64,000 bases of DNA from an uncultured Verrucomicrobiae bacterium (GCA_963762565.1 CAVXLD010000010.1:448001-512000); one strand, 5' to 3'. Positions 8,130-18,808 are shown, counted from the stretch's first letter. Program-made: numbers and translations. Notes: generated by a model from the letters alone, not told the origin.

Positions 8130-9920
8130 ATGACAATTTCGATACGGATGGGATTAGTAGCAGCCATTGGGGCGGTAGCCATTGCCAGTTATGCGGGCGA
8201 GACCCAGGGTTGGGTGCAGAAAAGCAATGAGGCTGCTAAGCCGCTGCTCGAATACATCGCCAGGTATACGCCCGAATATGGTTCTTCAATCGGGATCGAC
8301 AAAGCAGACGAAGGCGTCATCGATCTAAAGCCAGATCTCTACGCACGCACCAAGGAAGACGGAGAAAAGATAGTCCAAGAGTTGCAGGAGAAGGAATCAG
8401 CCGAGTCCGACCCCAGGGTGCGTCGCGATCTTGAGATCTTGATCACCGCACAAAAGAACAGTCTGGAAACCCGAAGGCTCAATCAAGAGCTGATGCTTCC
8501 GTTCTACGATGTCGCGGAGACCGCTTTTGATGGTCTGCAAAGCTTGTTAGATCCGCGTAATTCAGCTGCCCGGCAAGCGAAAGCAATTGTCCGATTGAAC
8601 CGGTACGCCGGTCAGGAAACCGGTTTCGAAGCGATCACTGAATTAGCGAAAGCACAAACCGAAGCGATGCTGGGGAATGCTAAGTTGGTTCGCCCATACA
8701 TCGCTCAGGTAAACGATGCCATCAGCAATACCCAAACGTATTTGGATGGTATTGCTGAGATGTTCCGAACCGCCAAACTCAGCGGTTGGGAAGCCGCACA
8801 TGCGGCACTAACTCGCCAACTTTTAGCTTACAAAGATTGGTTAATAAAAGAGATCTTACCTCAAGCCAGACAAACGAATCCGCTGCCAGAAGCGATCTAC
8901 GCAGATAATCTGAAAAATAACGGGGTGCTGATTGACCCGCACATCTTGATGGAACGCGCTCGATTCGAATTCGTCGAAATTCAGGACGAGATGCGGACGC
9001 TGGCTAAGGTCATCGCTCAGCAGGAAAAGCTGAGTTCGTCTGATTATCGCGAAGTCATCCGTTCGCTGAAGCACCGAACCGTTCCACCAGACCAGCTGTT
9101 GTCGTTCTATCAGCAGAGGTTGACCCAAATCGAGAAATTGGTGGAGGAGAACAATATCGTTAGCCTACCGAAGCGGCCGACGATTATCCGGTTGGGGTCA
9201 GCGGCTGAGACCGCGGAAGAGCCGGCTCCGCACATGAACCCACCGCGCTTGATCGATAATCAAGGGGAGTACGGCGAGTTCGTGATACCGAATGGCAAAG
9301 ACGGTCTTGACGAAGATTTCGTCAACGAGGGCGAATCCTGGACATTGACCGCACACGAGGCGCGCCCAGGTCACGATCTCCAGTTTACCTCCATGGTCGA
9401 CAATGGAGTCTCAATCGCGCGTTGTATCTTTGCCGACAACAGCGCCAACGTGGAAGGTTGGGCGGTCTATATGGAAGCCGTCATGGAGCCGTACGAACCG
9501 CTAGATGGCCAGCTCTTTTCGCTTGATGATCGGTTACTCCGGATTGCGCGCGCCTTCCTTGATCCGATGCTGAATCTGGGCTTGATGAAACCGGAAGAAG
9601 CTAAGGCATTTCTGATAAACGAAGTGGCTCTTTCCGAGTCAGACGCTCGAGAAGAAGTGGAACGTTACACTTACCGCGCTCCCGGGCAGGCTGCCGCGTA
9701 CTTCTACGGCTATATGACCCTGCGAGAATTAAACGAACGAACTAAGCTCGCTTTGGGCGCAAAATTCAACGAAAAGGCCTACCACGACTTCATCCTATCG
9801 CAAGGCCTCCTTCCGCTAAACCTAATGGCCGAAGCCATCCAGGAGGAGTTTGTTCCGAAGTACTCCAGCGCCACGATAGGGACGAACTCCCACGCGTCCG
9901 CCGGCTCCATCGGGCATTGA
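8130..9920 (+). CDS. DUF885 family exported protein (putative metallopeptidase)
   Basis: Start moved to ATG 8130 (GAGG RBS, signal peptide). AHEARPGHDLQ, EGWAVYME, EVERY, PGQAAAY and YHDFIL are typical of DUF885. Confidence 0.88.
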   Translation: MTISIRMGLVAAIGAVAIASYAGETQGWVQKSNEAAKPLLEYIARYTPEYGSSIGIDKADEGVIDLKPDLYARTKEDGEKIVQELQEKESAESDPRVRRDLEILITAQKNSLETRRLNQELMLPFYDVAETAFDGLQSLLDPRNSAARQAKAIVRLNRYAGQETGFEAITELAKAQTEAMLGNAKLVRPYIAQVNDAISNTQTYLDGIAEMFRTAKLSGWEAAHAALTRQLLAYKDWLIKEILPQARQTNPLPEAIYADNLKNNGVLIDPHILMERARFEFVEIQDEMRTLAKVIAQQEKLSSSDYREVIRSLKHRTVPPDQLLSFYQQRLTQIEKLVEENNIVSLPKRPTIIRLGSAAETAEEPAPHMNPPRLIDNQGEYGEFVIPNGKDGLDEDFVNEGESWTLTAHEARPGHDLQFTSMVDNGVSIARCIFADNSANVEGWAVYMEAVMEPYEPLDGQLFSLDDRLLRIARAFLDPMLNLGLMKPEEAKAFLINEVALSESDAREEVERYTYRAPGQAAAYFYGYMTLRELNERTKLALGAKFNEKAYHDFILSQGLLPLNLMAEAIQEEFVPKYSSATIGTNSHASAGSIGH

Positions 9921-9990
9921 ACGGCGTCTGGTGACACTTAGCAGGGACCCATAAGTCATATAGGTCCCATCCGTGGATCGCAGAGCCACT

Positions 9991-10108
9991 GGGAGGGATC
10001 GCGTCCTCGCGATCAGTGGTTCGCGGAGCTCAGCGCAGACCAGATTGAGGGCTTAACCGTATCGACGATGCAGACCTGGCCGCGGCGCGCGGGGACGCGC
10101 GCCCTCCC
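9991..10108. repeat. Family A element, copy A3 (uninterrupted, empty-site form)
   Basis: GGGAGGGATCGCGTCCTCGCGATC-N75-CGGGGACGCGCGCCCTCCC. Confidence 0.85.
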
Positions 10109-10130
10109 ACGTCTAGGGGCCGCCTTCCAA

Positions 10131-10742
10131 CTACCGCGAATACAACTCGACCACGAGTTGCTCGTTCACGATCGGGGCGATCTCGTCGCGCGTAGGAATG
10201 CGCGTGACTTTGCCCTGGAACTGGTCCTTATCCACCACTAACCAACTCGGAATCGGCTGGATCTGAGTCAATTCAAGGTTCCTGGTCACAAGCCTGCGAG
10301 AAGCCGGTTTCTCCTTGATGGTCACAACGTCGCCAGCCCGCAGGTTGTACGAAGAGACGTTCACCTTGCGACTATTCACTAGCACGTGGCCGTGAGAAAC
10401 GATCTGCCGAGCAGCACTCCGCGAATTAGCAAACCCTAATCGGTAGACAACATTGTCCAGCCGGGTCTCCAGCATCTGAAGCAAGGTTTCACCGGTGACA
10501 CCACGTTTTTTCAGGGCGCTTTCAAAGTAACGACGAAATTGTCGCTCCATCAGCCCATACATGAACCGCAATTTCTGCTTCTCAGCCAAAGCGGTGGCGT
10601 AGTCAGACTGTTTACGACGGGAGCCCTTAGGCCCATGCATCCCGGGAGGATAATTCTTCCGCTCTAGTGCTTTGTTGGGGCCGAAAAGAGCGACCCCATA
10701 GCGACGACTAATTCTTGCTTTCGGACCAGTGTATCTACCCAC
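10131..10742 (-). CDS. rpsD: 30S ribosomal protein S4
   Basis: MGRYTGPK, LETRLDNVVYRLGFA, VELYSR. Confidence 0.98.
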   Translation of the reverse strand: MGRYTGPKARISRRYGVALFGPNKALERKNYPPGMHGPKGSRRKQSDYATALAEKQKLRFMYGLMERQFRRYFESALKKRGVTGETLLQMLETRLDNVVYRLGFANSRSAARQIVSHGHVLVNSRKVNVSSYNLRAGDVVTIKEKPASRRLVTRNLELTQIQPIPSWLVVDKDQFQGKVTRIPTRDEIAPIVNEQLVVELYSR

Positions 10743-10754
10743 TTTAACTCCTTA

Positions 10755-11441
10755 TCAGACGCGACGTTGTTTCGGTGGCCGGCAACCGTTATGAGGAACC
10801 GGGGTGACATCCCGGATCACCGAGATATCGAGGCCAATGGCTTGCATGGCTCGAACAGCGGACTCGCGACCTGCCCCTGGTCCTTTGACCAAGACCTCTA
10901 CTTCCTTCAGCCCGTGTCCCATCGCTTGCCGGCAAGCATCCTGGGCCACTAACTGCGCCGCGTAAGCGGTACTCTTTCGCGAACCTCGGAATCCAGCTTT
11001 TCCGGCACTAGACCAACCGATCACATTCCCGGACAAATCGGTGATGGAGACGATCGTATTATTAAAAGTCGCTAAGACATGAGCGATACCAGAACCCACG
11101 TTCTTGCTACCTTTCGCCTTAACAATCTTCGGGCGCTCCGCAGCCCCGGAGTCAAGTGAAAGGGAAGTCTTGGCCCGTTCGCCAGCGGGCGCTCCTTCTT
11201 TCTTTGGTGCTTTCGGCTTTGCTGCCTTAGGAGCTTTCGGTTCGGCTGGAGCTGCAGGTGTTGCCGAGGTTGCAGGGGGCGTGGATGCCGCAGGGGGCAC
11301 AGATGCCGCAGGTGTTTCGGACGTTGCAGGCGTTACAGACGCCGCGGGTGTTTCGGACGCCGCAGGCGTTGCGGACGCCTCGGGTGTCACAGGCGCTGCT
11401 GGCGCCTCAGGAGCGGGTTTGGATTGTTCGTCGTCAGCCAT
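10755..11441 (-). CDS. rpsK: 30S ribosomal protein S11 with long N-terminal repeat extension
   Basis: [33 protein letters not shown]. Confidence 0.97.
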   Translation of the reverse strand: MADDEQSKPAPEAPAAPVTPEASATPAASETPAASVTPATSETPAASVPPAASTPPATSATPAAPAEPKAPKAAKPKAPKKEGAPAGERAKTSLSLDSGAAERPKIVKAKGSKNVGSGIAHVLATFNNTIVSITDLSGNVIGWSSAGKAGFRGSRKSTAYAAQLVAQDACRQAMGHGLKEVEVLVKGPGAGRESAVRAMQAIGLDISVIRDVTPVPHNGCRPPKQRRV

Positions 11442-11455
11442 CTTAAAAGTGCGGT

Positions 11456-11851
11456 TTAAACTTTACCGGCCTTAGCGTCTTTGTTCCGTTGAACACCGAC
11501 GGTTTTGCGCGGGCCTTTCCGTGTGCGCGCATTGGTTGAGGTCCGCTGGCCGCGAACCGGAAGTCCACGAATGTGCCGAATACCCCGATAGCACCGGATT
11601 GCCTGAAGACGCTTGAGGTTCGATTGGATGTCGCGACGCAGATCGCCTTCGATCAGTAGCCCGCTCCCATTAATCACATGTACAATCTGCCCAAGTTGTT
11701 CAGGGCTAAGGTTCTTGGCCCGGGTATTTGGGTCGATATTGGCTTGTTCAAGAATCCTTCTCGCTGTCTTCGGCCCTAGGCCATAGATATAGGGCAGAGA
11801 AGCCTCGATTCGCTTTTCTCCGGGGATTTCGACTCCAAGTAAACGTGGCAT
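11456..11851 (-). CDS. rpsM: 30S ribosomal protein S13
   Basis: [26 protein letters not shown]. Confidence 0.98.
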   Translation of the reverse strand: MPRLLGVEIPGEKRIEASLPYIYGLGPKTARRILEQANIDPNTRAKNLSPEQLGQIVHVINGSGLLIEGDLRRDIQSNLKRLQAIRCYRGIRHIRGLPVRGQRTSTNARTRKGPRKTVGVQRNKDAKAGKV

Positions 11852-11888
11852 AAACGTATCTAGTTCAACATACGGTCAACAAACGCCG

Positions 11889-12002
11889 TTAGCCTTGGCG
11901 CTGCTTGTGCCGCGGATTCTTACAAACCACGCGAACAACATTTTTCCGCTTAATAACGCGGCAGCTCTCACACAGGCGCTTAACTGAAGGTCTAACTTTC
12001 AT
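11889..12002 (-). CDS. rpmJ: 50S ribosomal protein L36 (Zn-ribbon type)
   Basis: [14 protein letters not shown]...[11 protein letters not shown]; start corrected to ATG 12002. Confidence 0.97.
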   Translation of the reverse strand: MKVRPSVKRLCESCRVIKRKNVVRVVCKNPRHKQRQG

Positions 12003-12040
12003 TAAGTCTCTTTGGGTTTCACCCTCTAAAAACAAATAGA

Positions 12041-12090
12041 GGACAAAAAAACGCCACCGAAATACCCTTTCGGGAGCGTTCGCTTTGTCC
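12041..12090 (-). terminator. Probable intrinsic terminator/attenuator between infA and rpmJ
   Basis: Minus strand AACGCTCCCGAAA-GGGTA-TTTCGGTGGCGTT followed by a T run. Confidence 0.55.
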
Positions 12091-12097
12091 AACCACC

Positions 12098-12316
12098 TTA
12101 CCTTTGCCGGAAGGTTATTCGGCCTTTCGTCAGGTCGTAGGGAGACATCTCTACCATAACTTTGTCTCCTGGCAAGATCCGAATGAAATGTAACCGCATT
12201 TTTCCGGAAATATGCGCCAGAAGCCTATGTCCGTTGGGAAGTTCAACCCGAAACATCGTATTCGGCAGTAGTTCCACTACCTTGCCTTGAGTTTCGATGA
12301 CGTCTTTTCGCGCCAT
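12098..12316 (-). CDS. infA: Translation initiation factor IF-1
   Basis: [28 protein letters not shown]. Confidence 0.98.
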   Translation of the reverse strand: MARKDVIETQGKVVELLPNTMFRVELPNGHRLLAHISGKMRLHFIRILPGDKVMVEMSPYDLTKGRITFRQR

Positions 12317-13053
12317 GTGAGGATCTCAGGTTCAGCTTTCGTAACTAGAATCGTGTGTTCAAAATGAGCCGAAGGTGTGTGATCCGCGGTAACCACCGTC
12401 CAATTGTCCTGTAGCAACATCACGCCTGCTTTCCCTAAATTGACCATCGGTTCGATTGCCAACGTCATTCCTGCCTTGAGCTTTGCGGTCGCTCCGGGAG
12501 TCCGATAGTTCGGGATTTGCGGTTCCTCATGGAGATGGCGGCCCACTCCGTGGCCAACAAACTCTCTAACCACACTGAACCCGTTGTGTTCGACGGCGTC
12601 CTGAATGGCTGCGCAGACGACGCTCAGACGACGGCCTTCCCGGGCCTTCTCGATACCGGCATAAAGCGCATTTTCCGTGACCTCCAACAATCTCTGCACT
12701 TCTTCCGGAACTTCACCGATAGGAACCGTAGCGGCAGTATCACCAACGAAACCGTTAAGAATCACGCCGATATCCAGTTTAACGATGTCCCCGTATTGGA
12801 TCCGACGATGGCTACCGATGCCGTGCACAACCTCGTCGTTGAGAGAAATACAGACATTACCGGGAAACTTCTTGTATCCAAGGAAGGCGCTACGGCAGCC
12901 GGCGTCCGCCATCAGGCGCGCCGCCGCTAGATCGACCTCTTTGGTAGTCATCCCCGGACACAGCATCGTCGAGATTTCGTCGAGAATCTGACTTGCCAGC
13001 CGGCATGCGGCCCGCATGTGCTCAACTTCTTGTCGCGTCTTAATGGGAATCAT
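12277..13053 (-). CDS. map: Methionine aminopeptidase type I
   Basis: [36 protein letters not shown]. Confidence 0.97.
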   Translation of the reverse strand: MIPIKTRQEVEHMRAACRLASQILDEISTMLCPGMTTKEVDLAAARLMADAGCRSAFLGYKKFPGNVCISLNDEVVHGIGSHRRIQYGDIVKLDIGVILNGFVGDTAATVPIGEVPEEVQRLLEVTENALYAGIEKAREGRRLSVVCAAIQDAVEHNGFSVVREFVGHGVGRHLHEEPQIPNYRTPGATAKLKAGMTLAIEPMVNLGKAGVMLLQDNWTVVTADHTPSAHFEHTILVTKAEPEILTWREKTSSKLKAR

Positions 13054-13688
13054 CCTGCAATCAGCCCCGCAATATCTGCGAAAACAGCCTCGGCGTCACG
13101 TCCGGCCTCGATCTCCACCAACCGGTTTCCATAATACTTATATACCGGGACCGTCTTTTGCCAGTACGCCTCCAGCCTTTTATCCAGAGCTTCACTGTTA
13201 TCGTCCGACCTTTTCTCTAACGGTCCACCACAATTTGGGCAAGGGTCATGAGGAGATTGGACATGCCTGCCCATGCTAACCACTTTCCCACAATCGGCGC
13301 AGACCAGGCGAAGCAACATGCGCGTCCTAATGGTTTCCATTGACACTGCGAGAGCAATAGCCAGATCCAGAGGCGCTTGGCGCTGTTGCAGGATCTCATC
13401 GAATGATTCTGCCTGTTCTACCGTTCTGGGAAAGCCGTCGAATAAAAAGGCCCCCAGGTGGGTTCCGAGCCACTCCTCGACCACTTGCATCACAAGACTG
13501 TCAGGGGCCAATCCTCCTTTGGATATAATTTGTTCGGCCGCCAAGCCAATCGGGGTCCTGGCCTTCGCCTCTTTACGAAGGATTGCCCCCGTGGAGGTGG
13601 TTGGAATGTGGAACCGGTTTTGAATCAACTCCGCTTGGGTTCCTTTGCCGGAGGCAGGCGGACCTAAAAGCACGAGTCTTCTTTTCAC
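13050..13688 (-). CDS. adk: Adenylate kinase (Zn-lid type)
   Basis: GPPASGKGTQ, DGFPRT, CADC/CPNC lid. GTG 13688 preferred over TTG 13709. Confidence 0.93.
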   Translation of the reverse strand: MKRRLVLLGPPASGKGTQAELIQNRFHIPTTSTGAILRKEAKARTPIGLAAEQIISKGGLAPDSLVMQVVEEWLGTHLGAFLFDGFPRTVEQAESFDEILQQRQAPLDLAIALAVSMETIRTRMLLRLVCADCGKVVSMGRHVQSPHDPCPNCGGPLEKRSDDNSEALDKRLEAYWQKTVPVYKYYGNRLVEIEAGRDAEAVFADIAGLIAG

Positions 13689-13698
13689 CCCGTCAACA

Positions 13699-15201
13699 TC
13701 AATGGCCAACGAAGATCGAGATTGCTACCCCTGCCACGGCCAGGATAGCAGCACCAACACACATCCAAAGCAGCGCGCCTTCCTTGACTAGAGAACCACG
13801 ACTCGCAGGCGTCCGCTCGAACCGGCCTCGGATTCGACCTTTACGCAGGAACCCGTCATAATGTCTCTGGAGCAGATGGGTTTCAATTTGGCGCATCATA
13901 TCGAGAATGACGCCGACGATAATCAACAAGCTGGTTCCGCCGAAGAAACGCGCCGTCAGACGGGGCACTCCTGCCGTGGTGATCAAGAGCTCAGGAATCA
14001 CCGCGATCAAGGTCAAAAAGATCGCGCCAGCAAAGGTTAGCCGCGACAAAGTGAACTCAAGAAAATCGGCGGTCGGTTTACCCGGCCGGTAACCCGGGAT
14101 GTAACCATTGTATTTCTTAAGGTCATCGGCAATTTGATTTGGCTGGAATTGAATGGCCACCCAGAAAAAGCTGAAGAAAAAGATCAGGACGGCTACCATC
14201 ACGTAATGCCAAGGACCGTAAGCCAGAGCATTTGCCAAACTAACCGCCCATTCCTGGTTCCTGAAACCCATGCTCAGAATCGTAGACGGGAACAACAGAA
14301 TCGCTTGGGCGAAGATGATGGGCATAACGCCAACCGCATTAACCTTCAATGGAAGATATTGGGTTTGGCCGCCATAGACTTTGCGTCCAACCACCCTTTT
14401 GGCGTACTGGATACTAATCCGGCGCTGCCCCTGCGTTAACGCGATCACGCCAGCGATCACAAGAACCAGAAACACGATCATCAGGACCAATACTAACGGG
14501 TTGACCTGACTTTGGTTGGCTGTGGAAGGGACAAAAGTGTTCCAGACCTGCACCAATGCGCCCGGCAGCGTGGCAACGATGCCGATCATGATGATCATCG
14601 AGGTGCCGTTACCAACACCGCGCTCCGTGATTTGATCGCCGATCCACATCAAGAACATGGTTCCGGCGCTGAGCGTAATCACCGCGATGATCTGAAATCC
14701 AAGACCTGGAGAGGGAACTAACGGCCCAAGTTTTGCAATCGAGGCCCCAATACCCTGCAGGAAGGGATTCGATTGCGGATTCTGCATGGACAAAGCCAGG
14801 AGATAACCTTGAAAGAGACACAGCCCGAGGGTGACATACCGGGTGTACTGCATGATCTTCGCCCGGCCACCCGTTTCTTCACGTGCCAGCTTGTTCAGAC
14901 GAGGGATCACTGCAGTCAGCAACTGCATCATGATCGACGCGCTGATGTAGGGCATAATCCCGAGCGAAAGAATCGCGCAATGCTCCAGCGCTCCGCCGGC
15001 AAAAATGTTAGCCAGGGCGGCAATACCTCCAGCCGTCGCATTGTTGGTCTGGCTCTTGAACCAGTCATTCAAAACATGCGCGTTCACCCCAGGAATGGTG
15101 ATGGCGGCGCCAGCCCGGACGACGATCAGCATCATCAGCGTAAAAATGATCCGCTGACGAAGTTCCGGAATTTTAAAGATATTCGTGAAAGCCGAGATCA
15201 T
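13699..15201 (-). CDS. secY: Preprotein translocase SecY
   Basis: LGIMPYISASI, ITERGVGNG, IPGYRPG, GGTSLLIIVGV. Confidence 0.98.
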   Translation of the reverse strand: MISAFTNIFKIPELRQRIIFTLMMLIVVRAGAAITIPGVNAHVLNDWFKSQTNNATAGGIAALANIFAGGALEHCAILSLGIMPYISASIMMQLLTAVIPRLNKLAREETGGRAKIMQYTRYVTLGLCLFQGYLLALSMQNPQSNPFLQGIGASIAKLGPLVPSPGLGFQIIAVITLSAGTMFLMWIGDQITERGVGNGTSMIIMIGIVATLPGALVQVWNTFVPSTANQSQVNPLVLVLMIVFLVLVIAGVIALTQGQRRISIQYAKRVVGRKVYGGQTQYLPLKVNAVGVMPIIFAQAILLFPSTILSMGFRNQEWAVSLANALAYGPWHYVMVAVLIFFFSFFWVAIQFQPNQIADDLKKYNGYIPGYRPGKPTADFLEFTLSRLTFAGAIFLTLIAVIPELLITTAGVPRLTARFFGGTSLLIIVGVILDMMRQIETHLLQRHYDGFLRKGRIRGRFERTPASRGSLVKEGALLWMCVGAAILAVAGVAISIFVGH

Positions 15202-15213
15202 TAGAACACTCGG

Positions 15214-15660
15214 TTAAGCACGAACCACCGCTGCTCCCCCGGCTTGCTCGATCTTTTGACGCGCCGATTCGCTGAATTTATCCGCTTCGACGGTCAATTT
15301 CTTTGTCAGTTCGCCGCGCCCAAGAATTTTCACGCGCTCAACTTTACCCTTCAACAGGCCTTTCTCGCGCAAGAGTTGCTCGGTTACGTGCGCCTCGGCA
15401 TCAAATCTTTCCAGGTCTGCCAGGTTAATGAGGGCGTACGTTATCTTGAATGGGCCATTACCAAATCCACGTTTGGGCAAGCGACGAATCAACGGCATCT
15501 GCCCGCCTTCGAATCCTAAGCGGATGCTGCCACCGGAACGCGCCTTTTGGCCCTTGTGCCCCTTTCCGCTGGTCTTGCCATGACCGGAACTCTCACCGCA
15601 GCCCAATCGTTTGACCCGGTGTTTTGCTCCCGGGCGAGGCTTCAATTCGTTTAACCGCAT
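15214..15660 (-). CDS. rplO: 50S ribosomal protein L15
   Basis: [19 protein letters not shown]. Confidence 0.98.
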   Translation of the reverse strand: MRLNELKPRPGAKHRVKRLGCGESSGHGKTSGKGHKGQKARSGGSIRLGFEGGQMPLIRRLPKRGFGNGPFKITYALINLADLERFDAEAHVTEQLLREKGLLKGKVERVKILGRGELTKKLTVEADKFSESARQKIEQAGGAAVVRA

Positions 15661-15737
15661 AATAAATTCGTTTCGTTTACTTCAAACTTACCGTGGATTA
15701 GCTCATGCAATGAGCCTCAATGAGCTCAATGAGTCTA

Positions 15738-16247
15738 CTACCGGCTCCGAAGGCGCAAGATGTCTTCCTTCTGGCGTAGAGTCCGCAGGGCCTCCATCGT
15801 GGCTTTCACGACATTTGCGTGGTTACTAGAGCCAAGTGACTTTGCCAAGACGTCTTTTATACCGGCCGCTTCTACCACCGCGCGGACGCCGCCGCCGGCG
15901 ATAACGCCGGTGCCCGGCGAGGCCGGCCGCAATAGAACCCGGCCTCCTCCAAACTCGCCAATTACTTCGTGCGGGATAGTATTTTCATGGATGGCCACCG
16001 GCACCATCGCCTTACGAGCCGCATCCGAAGCTTTACGAATTGCCTCGGAGACCTCGTTCGCCTTACCAAAACCATAGCCGACCTTCCCTTTATGGTCACC
16101 AGCCACAATTAAAGCGCTAAAGCTAAAGCGACGACCGCCTTTCACCACTTTGGCGCACCGGTTGATGAACACCACTTTCTCAGTGGTATCACCCTTTTGT
16201 TCTCGATCTCGTCCGTCGTTGCGGCGACCTCTTTGATCTGGTGGCAT
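15738..16247 (-). CDS. rpsE: 30S ribosomal protein S5
   Basis: [26 protein letters not shown]. Confidence 0.98.
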   Translation of the reverse strand: MPPDQRGRRNDGRDREQKGDTTEKVVFINRCAKVVKGGRRFSFSALIVAGDHKGKVGYGFGKANEVSEAIRKASDAARKAMVPVAIHENTIPHEVIGEFGGGRVLLRPASPGTGVIAGGGVRAVVEAAGIKDVLAKSLGSSNHANVVKATMEALRTLRQKEDILRLRSR

Positions 16248-16252
16248 AAAAA

Positions 16253-16609
16253 TTAAAATTCTAAACCTGCAGAACGAGCTGCGTCAGCCAATGCTTTCAC
16301 CCGTCCATGATAGGTGAAACCGCCTCGGTCAAACACGACTTGCCGAACGTTCTTCTGTAATGTCCTCTCGGCCAAAAGTGAGCCCACCTTCTGGGCAGTC
16401 GTCACATTCGTATTGCTCCGCTGGTTACCGCGCAGACCTTTCTCCACAGTAGACGCAGCTGCAACCGTTTTGCCTACGGTATCATCGATAACTTGTGCGT
16501 AAATATGTTGGCCTGAAAAATGTACGCACAACCGAGGACGCGCCGTGGTGCCTAACACCCGTTTGCGAATCCTCTCGTGCCGTATTCTAATTCGTGTGGT
16601 AGAAGCCAT
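16253..16609 (-). CDS. rplR: 50S ribosomal protein L18
   Basis: [27 protein letters not shown]. Confidence 0.98.
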   Translation of the reverse strand: MASTTRIRIRHERIRKRVLGTTARPRLCVHFSGQHIYAQVIDDTVGKTVAAASTVEKGLRGNQRSNTNVTTAQKVGSLLAERTLQKNVRQVVFDRGGFTYHGRVKALADAARSAGLEF

Positions 16610-16624
16610 AGATCGTTCGTCCCC

Positions 16625-17164
16625 TTATTGGACCGTCTTACCCTCTTTCCGCAGGACCTGTTCGTCTGTGTACCGGATTCCTTTACCCTTGTATGGCTCC
16701 GGAGGATAATACGCTCGAATGTTAGCGGCAGCCTGACCCACCTTCTGGCGGTCAATCCCTTCAACCAAAAGCTTGGTATTCTCCTGAACGGTAACCTTAA
16801 TACCGTCCGGAATCTGAAATACGATCGGGTGGGAAAAACCCAAACTGAGATTCAGTTTTGACCCTTGTACCTGAGCTCGAAAGCCGACTCCCTGGATCTC
16901 CAGCGATTTCTTAAATCCCTGGCTAACCCCGGTCACCATGTTGTTAATGAGACTTCGGGAAAGGCCATGCAATGCTTTCACCGAGCGCGATTCTACCGTG
17001 CGGTCGAGCAAGACCTCCTGGCCTTCGATGCGAAGCTTGATCTGCTGCGGCAATGTCCATTCGAGCTTGCCTTTCGGTCCTTCAACAGTAACGGCACCGG
17101 AGTCCGAGCAACCAACCTTCACCTTCTCGGGAAGCACCACACTTTTCTTTCCAATTCGTGACAT
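16625..17164 (-). CDS. rplF: 50S ribosomal protein L6
   Basis: MSRIGK, PPEPYKGKGIRY. Confidence 0.98.
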   Translation of the reverse strand: MSRIGKKSVVLPEKVKVGCSDSGAVTVEGPKGKLEWTLPQQIKLRIEGQEVLLDRTVESRSVKALHGLSRSLINNMVTGVSQGFKKSLEIQGVGFRAQVQGSKLNLSLGFSHPIVFQIPDGIKVTVQENTKLLVEGIDRQKVGQAAANIRAYYPPEPYKGKGIRYTDEQVLRKEGKTVQ

Positions 17165-17177
17165 ACTTAAGACCTCC

Positions 17178-17576
17178 TCACCAGATAATGGCCAGGAGTT
17201 CGCCTCCTACATTTTCACGTTTGGCTTGCCGGCCCGTTAAAATTCCGCGCGACGAGGAAACAATAGCCGTCCCCGTTCCGCCCAGAACTCGAGGCATTTC
17301 GTCAGCTGCCACGTACTTTCGCAGCCCGGGTTTGCTAACTCGCTTTAGCCCAGTCAGCGCCGGAGTCCGATTCACAAATTTCATAGTCACCTTGATAACG
17401 GCCGGACGCGAAGAATGGTCCACCTCGTACTCGGTGATATATCCCTCGTCTTTAAGGATCCGGGTGATCTCCTCTTTGATCCGCGAATGCGGCACGGTTA
17501 CATCCGATCGATGGGAGCTGGCCGCGTTGCGAAGCCTGGTCAGGAAATCAGCAATAGGATCAGTCAATGTACTCAT
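17178..17576 (-). CDS. rpsH: 30S ribosomal protein S8
   Basis: DPIADFLTRLRNA, SKPGLRKY. Confidence 0.98.
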   Translation of the reverse strand: MSTLTDPIADFLTRLRNAASSHRSDVTVPHSRIKEEITRILKDEGYITEYEVDHSSRPAVIKVTMKFVNRTPALTGLKRVSKPGLRKYVAADEMPRVLGGTGTAIVSSSRGILTGRQAKRENVGGELLAIIW

Positions 17577-17586
17577 ACTCTCTCTC

Positions 17587-18162
17587 TTACGCGGCAGACT
17601 CCTTGCCCGGCAGCTTACGGTCGCTGAACGGCACGCCGAGTTCGGTTAACAATGCCTTCGCCTCGTCATTCGTGTTAGCAGTGGTGACGATAGTAATATC
17701 AAAACCAATATTTCGCTTAATCTTATCCAATTCGACTTCAGGAAAAATCGCCTGGTCTTTTACCCCTAAGGTATAGTTGCCTTTACCGTCGAAAGACTTA
17801 GGTGAGATTCCGCGAAAATCTCGGATCCGGGGCAACGCCATGCGGATCAGGCGTTGCAGGAATTCGTACATCCGATCGCCACGCAATGTCACTTTCGCGC
17901 CAATGACCTGGTCTTTACGCAACTTGAAATTCGAAATGCTTTTCTTGGATTTCGTTTCCGTAGCCCGTTGGCCAGTGATCAGCCCAATCTCCGCCTTTGC
18001 TTCTTCCAAAGCCTGTTTTTGATCGGCCGAGTGTGTCGATACACAACTATTGATCACCACTTTCTCGACGCGTGGCACCTGGAAGACATTCTTGTACCCC
18101 AATCGCTCGCGAAGCGCCGGAACAACCCGTTCCTTGTACTCTTTATAAAGCTCGGCTTGCAT
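17587..18162 (-). CDS. rplE: 50S ribosomal protein L5
   Basis: ALPRIRDFRG, FDGKGNYTLG. Confidence 0.98.
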   Translation of the reverse strand: MQAELYKEYKERVVPALRERLGYKNVFQVPRVEKVVINSCVSTHSADQKQALEEAKAEIGLITGQRATETKSKKSISNFKLRKDQVIGAKVTLRGDRMYEFLQRLIRMALPRIRDFRGISPKSFDGKGNYTLGVKDQAIFPEVELDKIKRNIGFDITIVTTANTNDEAKALLTELGVPFSDRKLPGKESAA

Positions 18163-18165
18163 AAC

Positions 18166-18432
18166 CTATTCCGCCTTACCTTTCTTCGTCCGTTTCGGGC
18201 GCGACTCCACAATCTTCACGTTGGAGATGTGGATGGGTCCTTCCCGAGTAACAATTGCGCCGTTCGGATTATCCTGCGATTTGCGAACGCTCTTCTTGAT
18301 CAGGCGCACTCCTTCTATCAGCACTTGCTGTTTCTTAGGTAACACTTGCAGGATCTTCCCTGTGGCTCCCCGATGGTTACCGGAGATAACCTGCACTTCG
18401 TCCCCTTTTTTCACGTGGAAACGCAGCTGCAT
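18166..18432 (-). CDS. rplX: 50S ribosomal protein L24
   Basis: [20 protein letters not shown]. Confidence 0.97.
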   Translation of the reverse strand: MQLRFHVKKGDEVQVISGNHRGATGKILQVLPKKQQVLIEGVRLIKKSVRKSQDNPNGAIVTREGPIHISNVKIVESRPKRTKKGKAE

Positions 18433-18797
18433 TATAGGACCTCCGGCGCCAACGAAATGATTTTCATGAAATTCTTTTCGCGGAGTTCACGCGCCACCGG
18501 CCCGAAGATACGAGTCCCTCGCGGATTGAGGTCCTTATCGATGATCACAATGGCGTTGTTATCAAATCGAAGGTAGGAACCATCGTCGCGTTTGACCGGT
18601 TGCCGGGTCCGCACCACCACCGCCCGAACCACGTCCCCTTTTTTGACCGCACCGTTTGAGGCTGCCTCTTTAACGTTGCAAGTAATTACATCGCCTACTC
18701 CCGCATAAAGAGTCGGTTTTCCGATGACGCCAATCATGGTCGCCATCCGCGCTCCAGTGTTATCGGCTACATCAAGCCGGGATCGAAGCTGAATCAT
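18432..18797 (-). CDS. rplN: 50S ribosomal protein L14
   Basis: [23 protein letters not shown]; start corrected to ATG 18797. Confidence 0.98.
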   Translation of the reverse strand: MIQLRSRLDVADNTGARMATMIGVIGKPTLYAGVGDVITCNVKEAASNGAVKKGDVVRAVVVRTRQPVKRDDGSYLRFDNNAIVIIDKDLNPRGTRIFGPVARELREKNFMKIISLAPEVL

Positions 18798-18808
18798 CTG
18801 GTTCCTCC

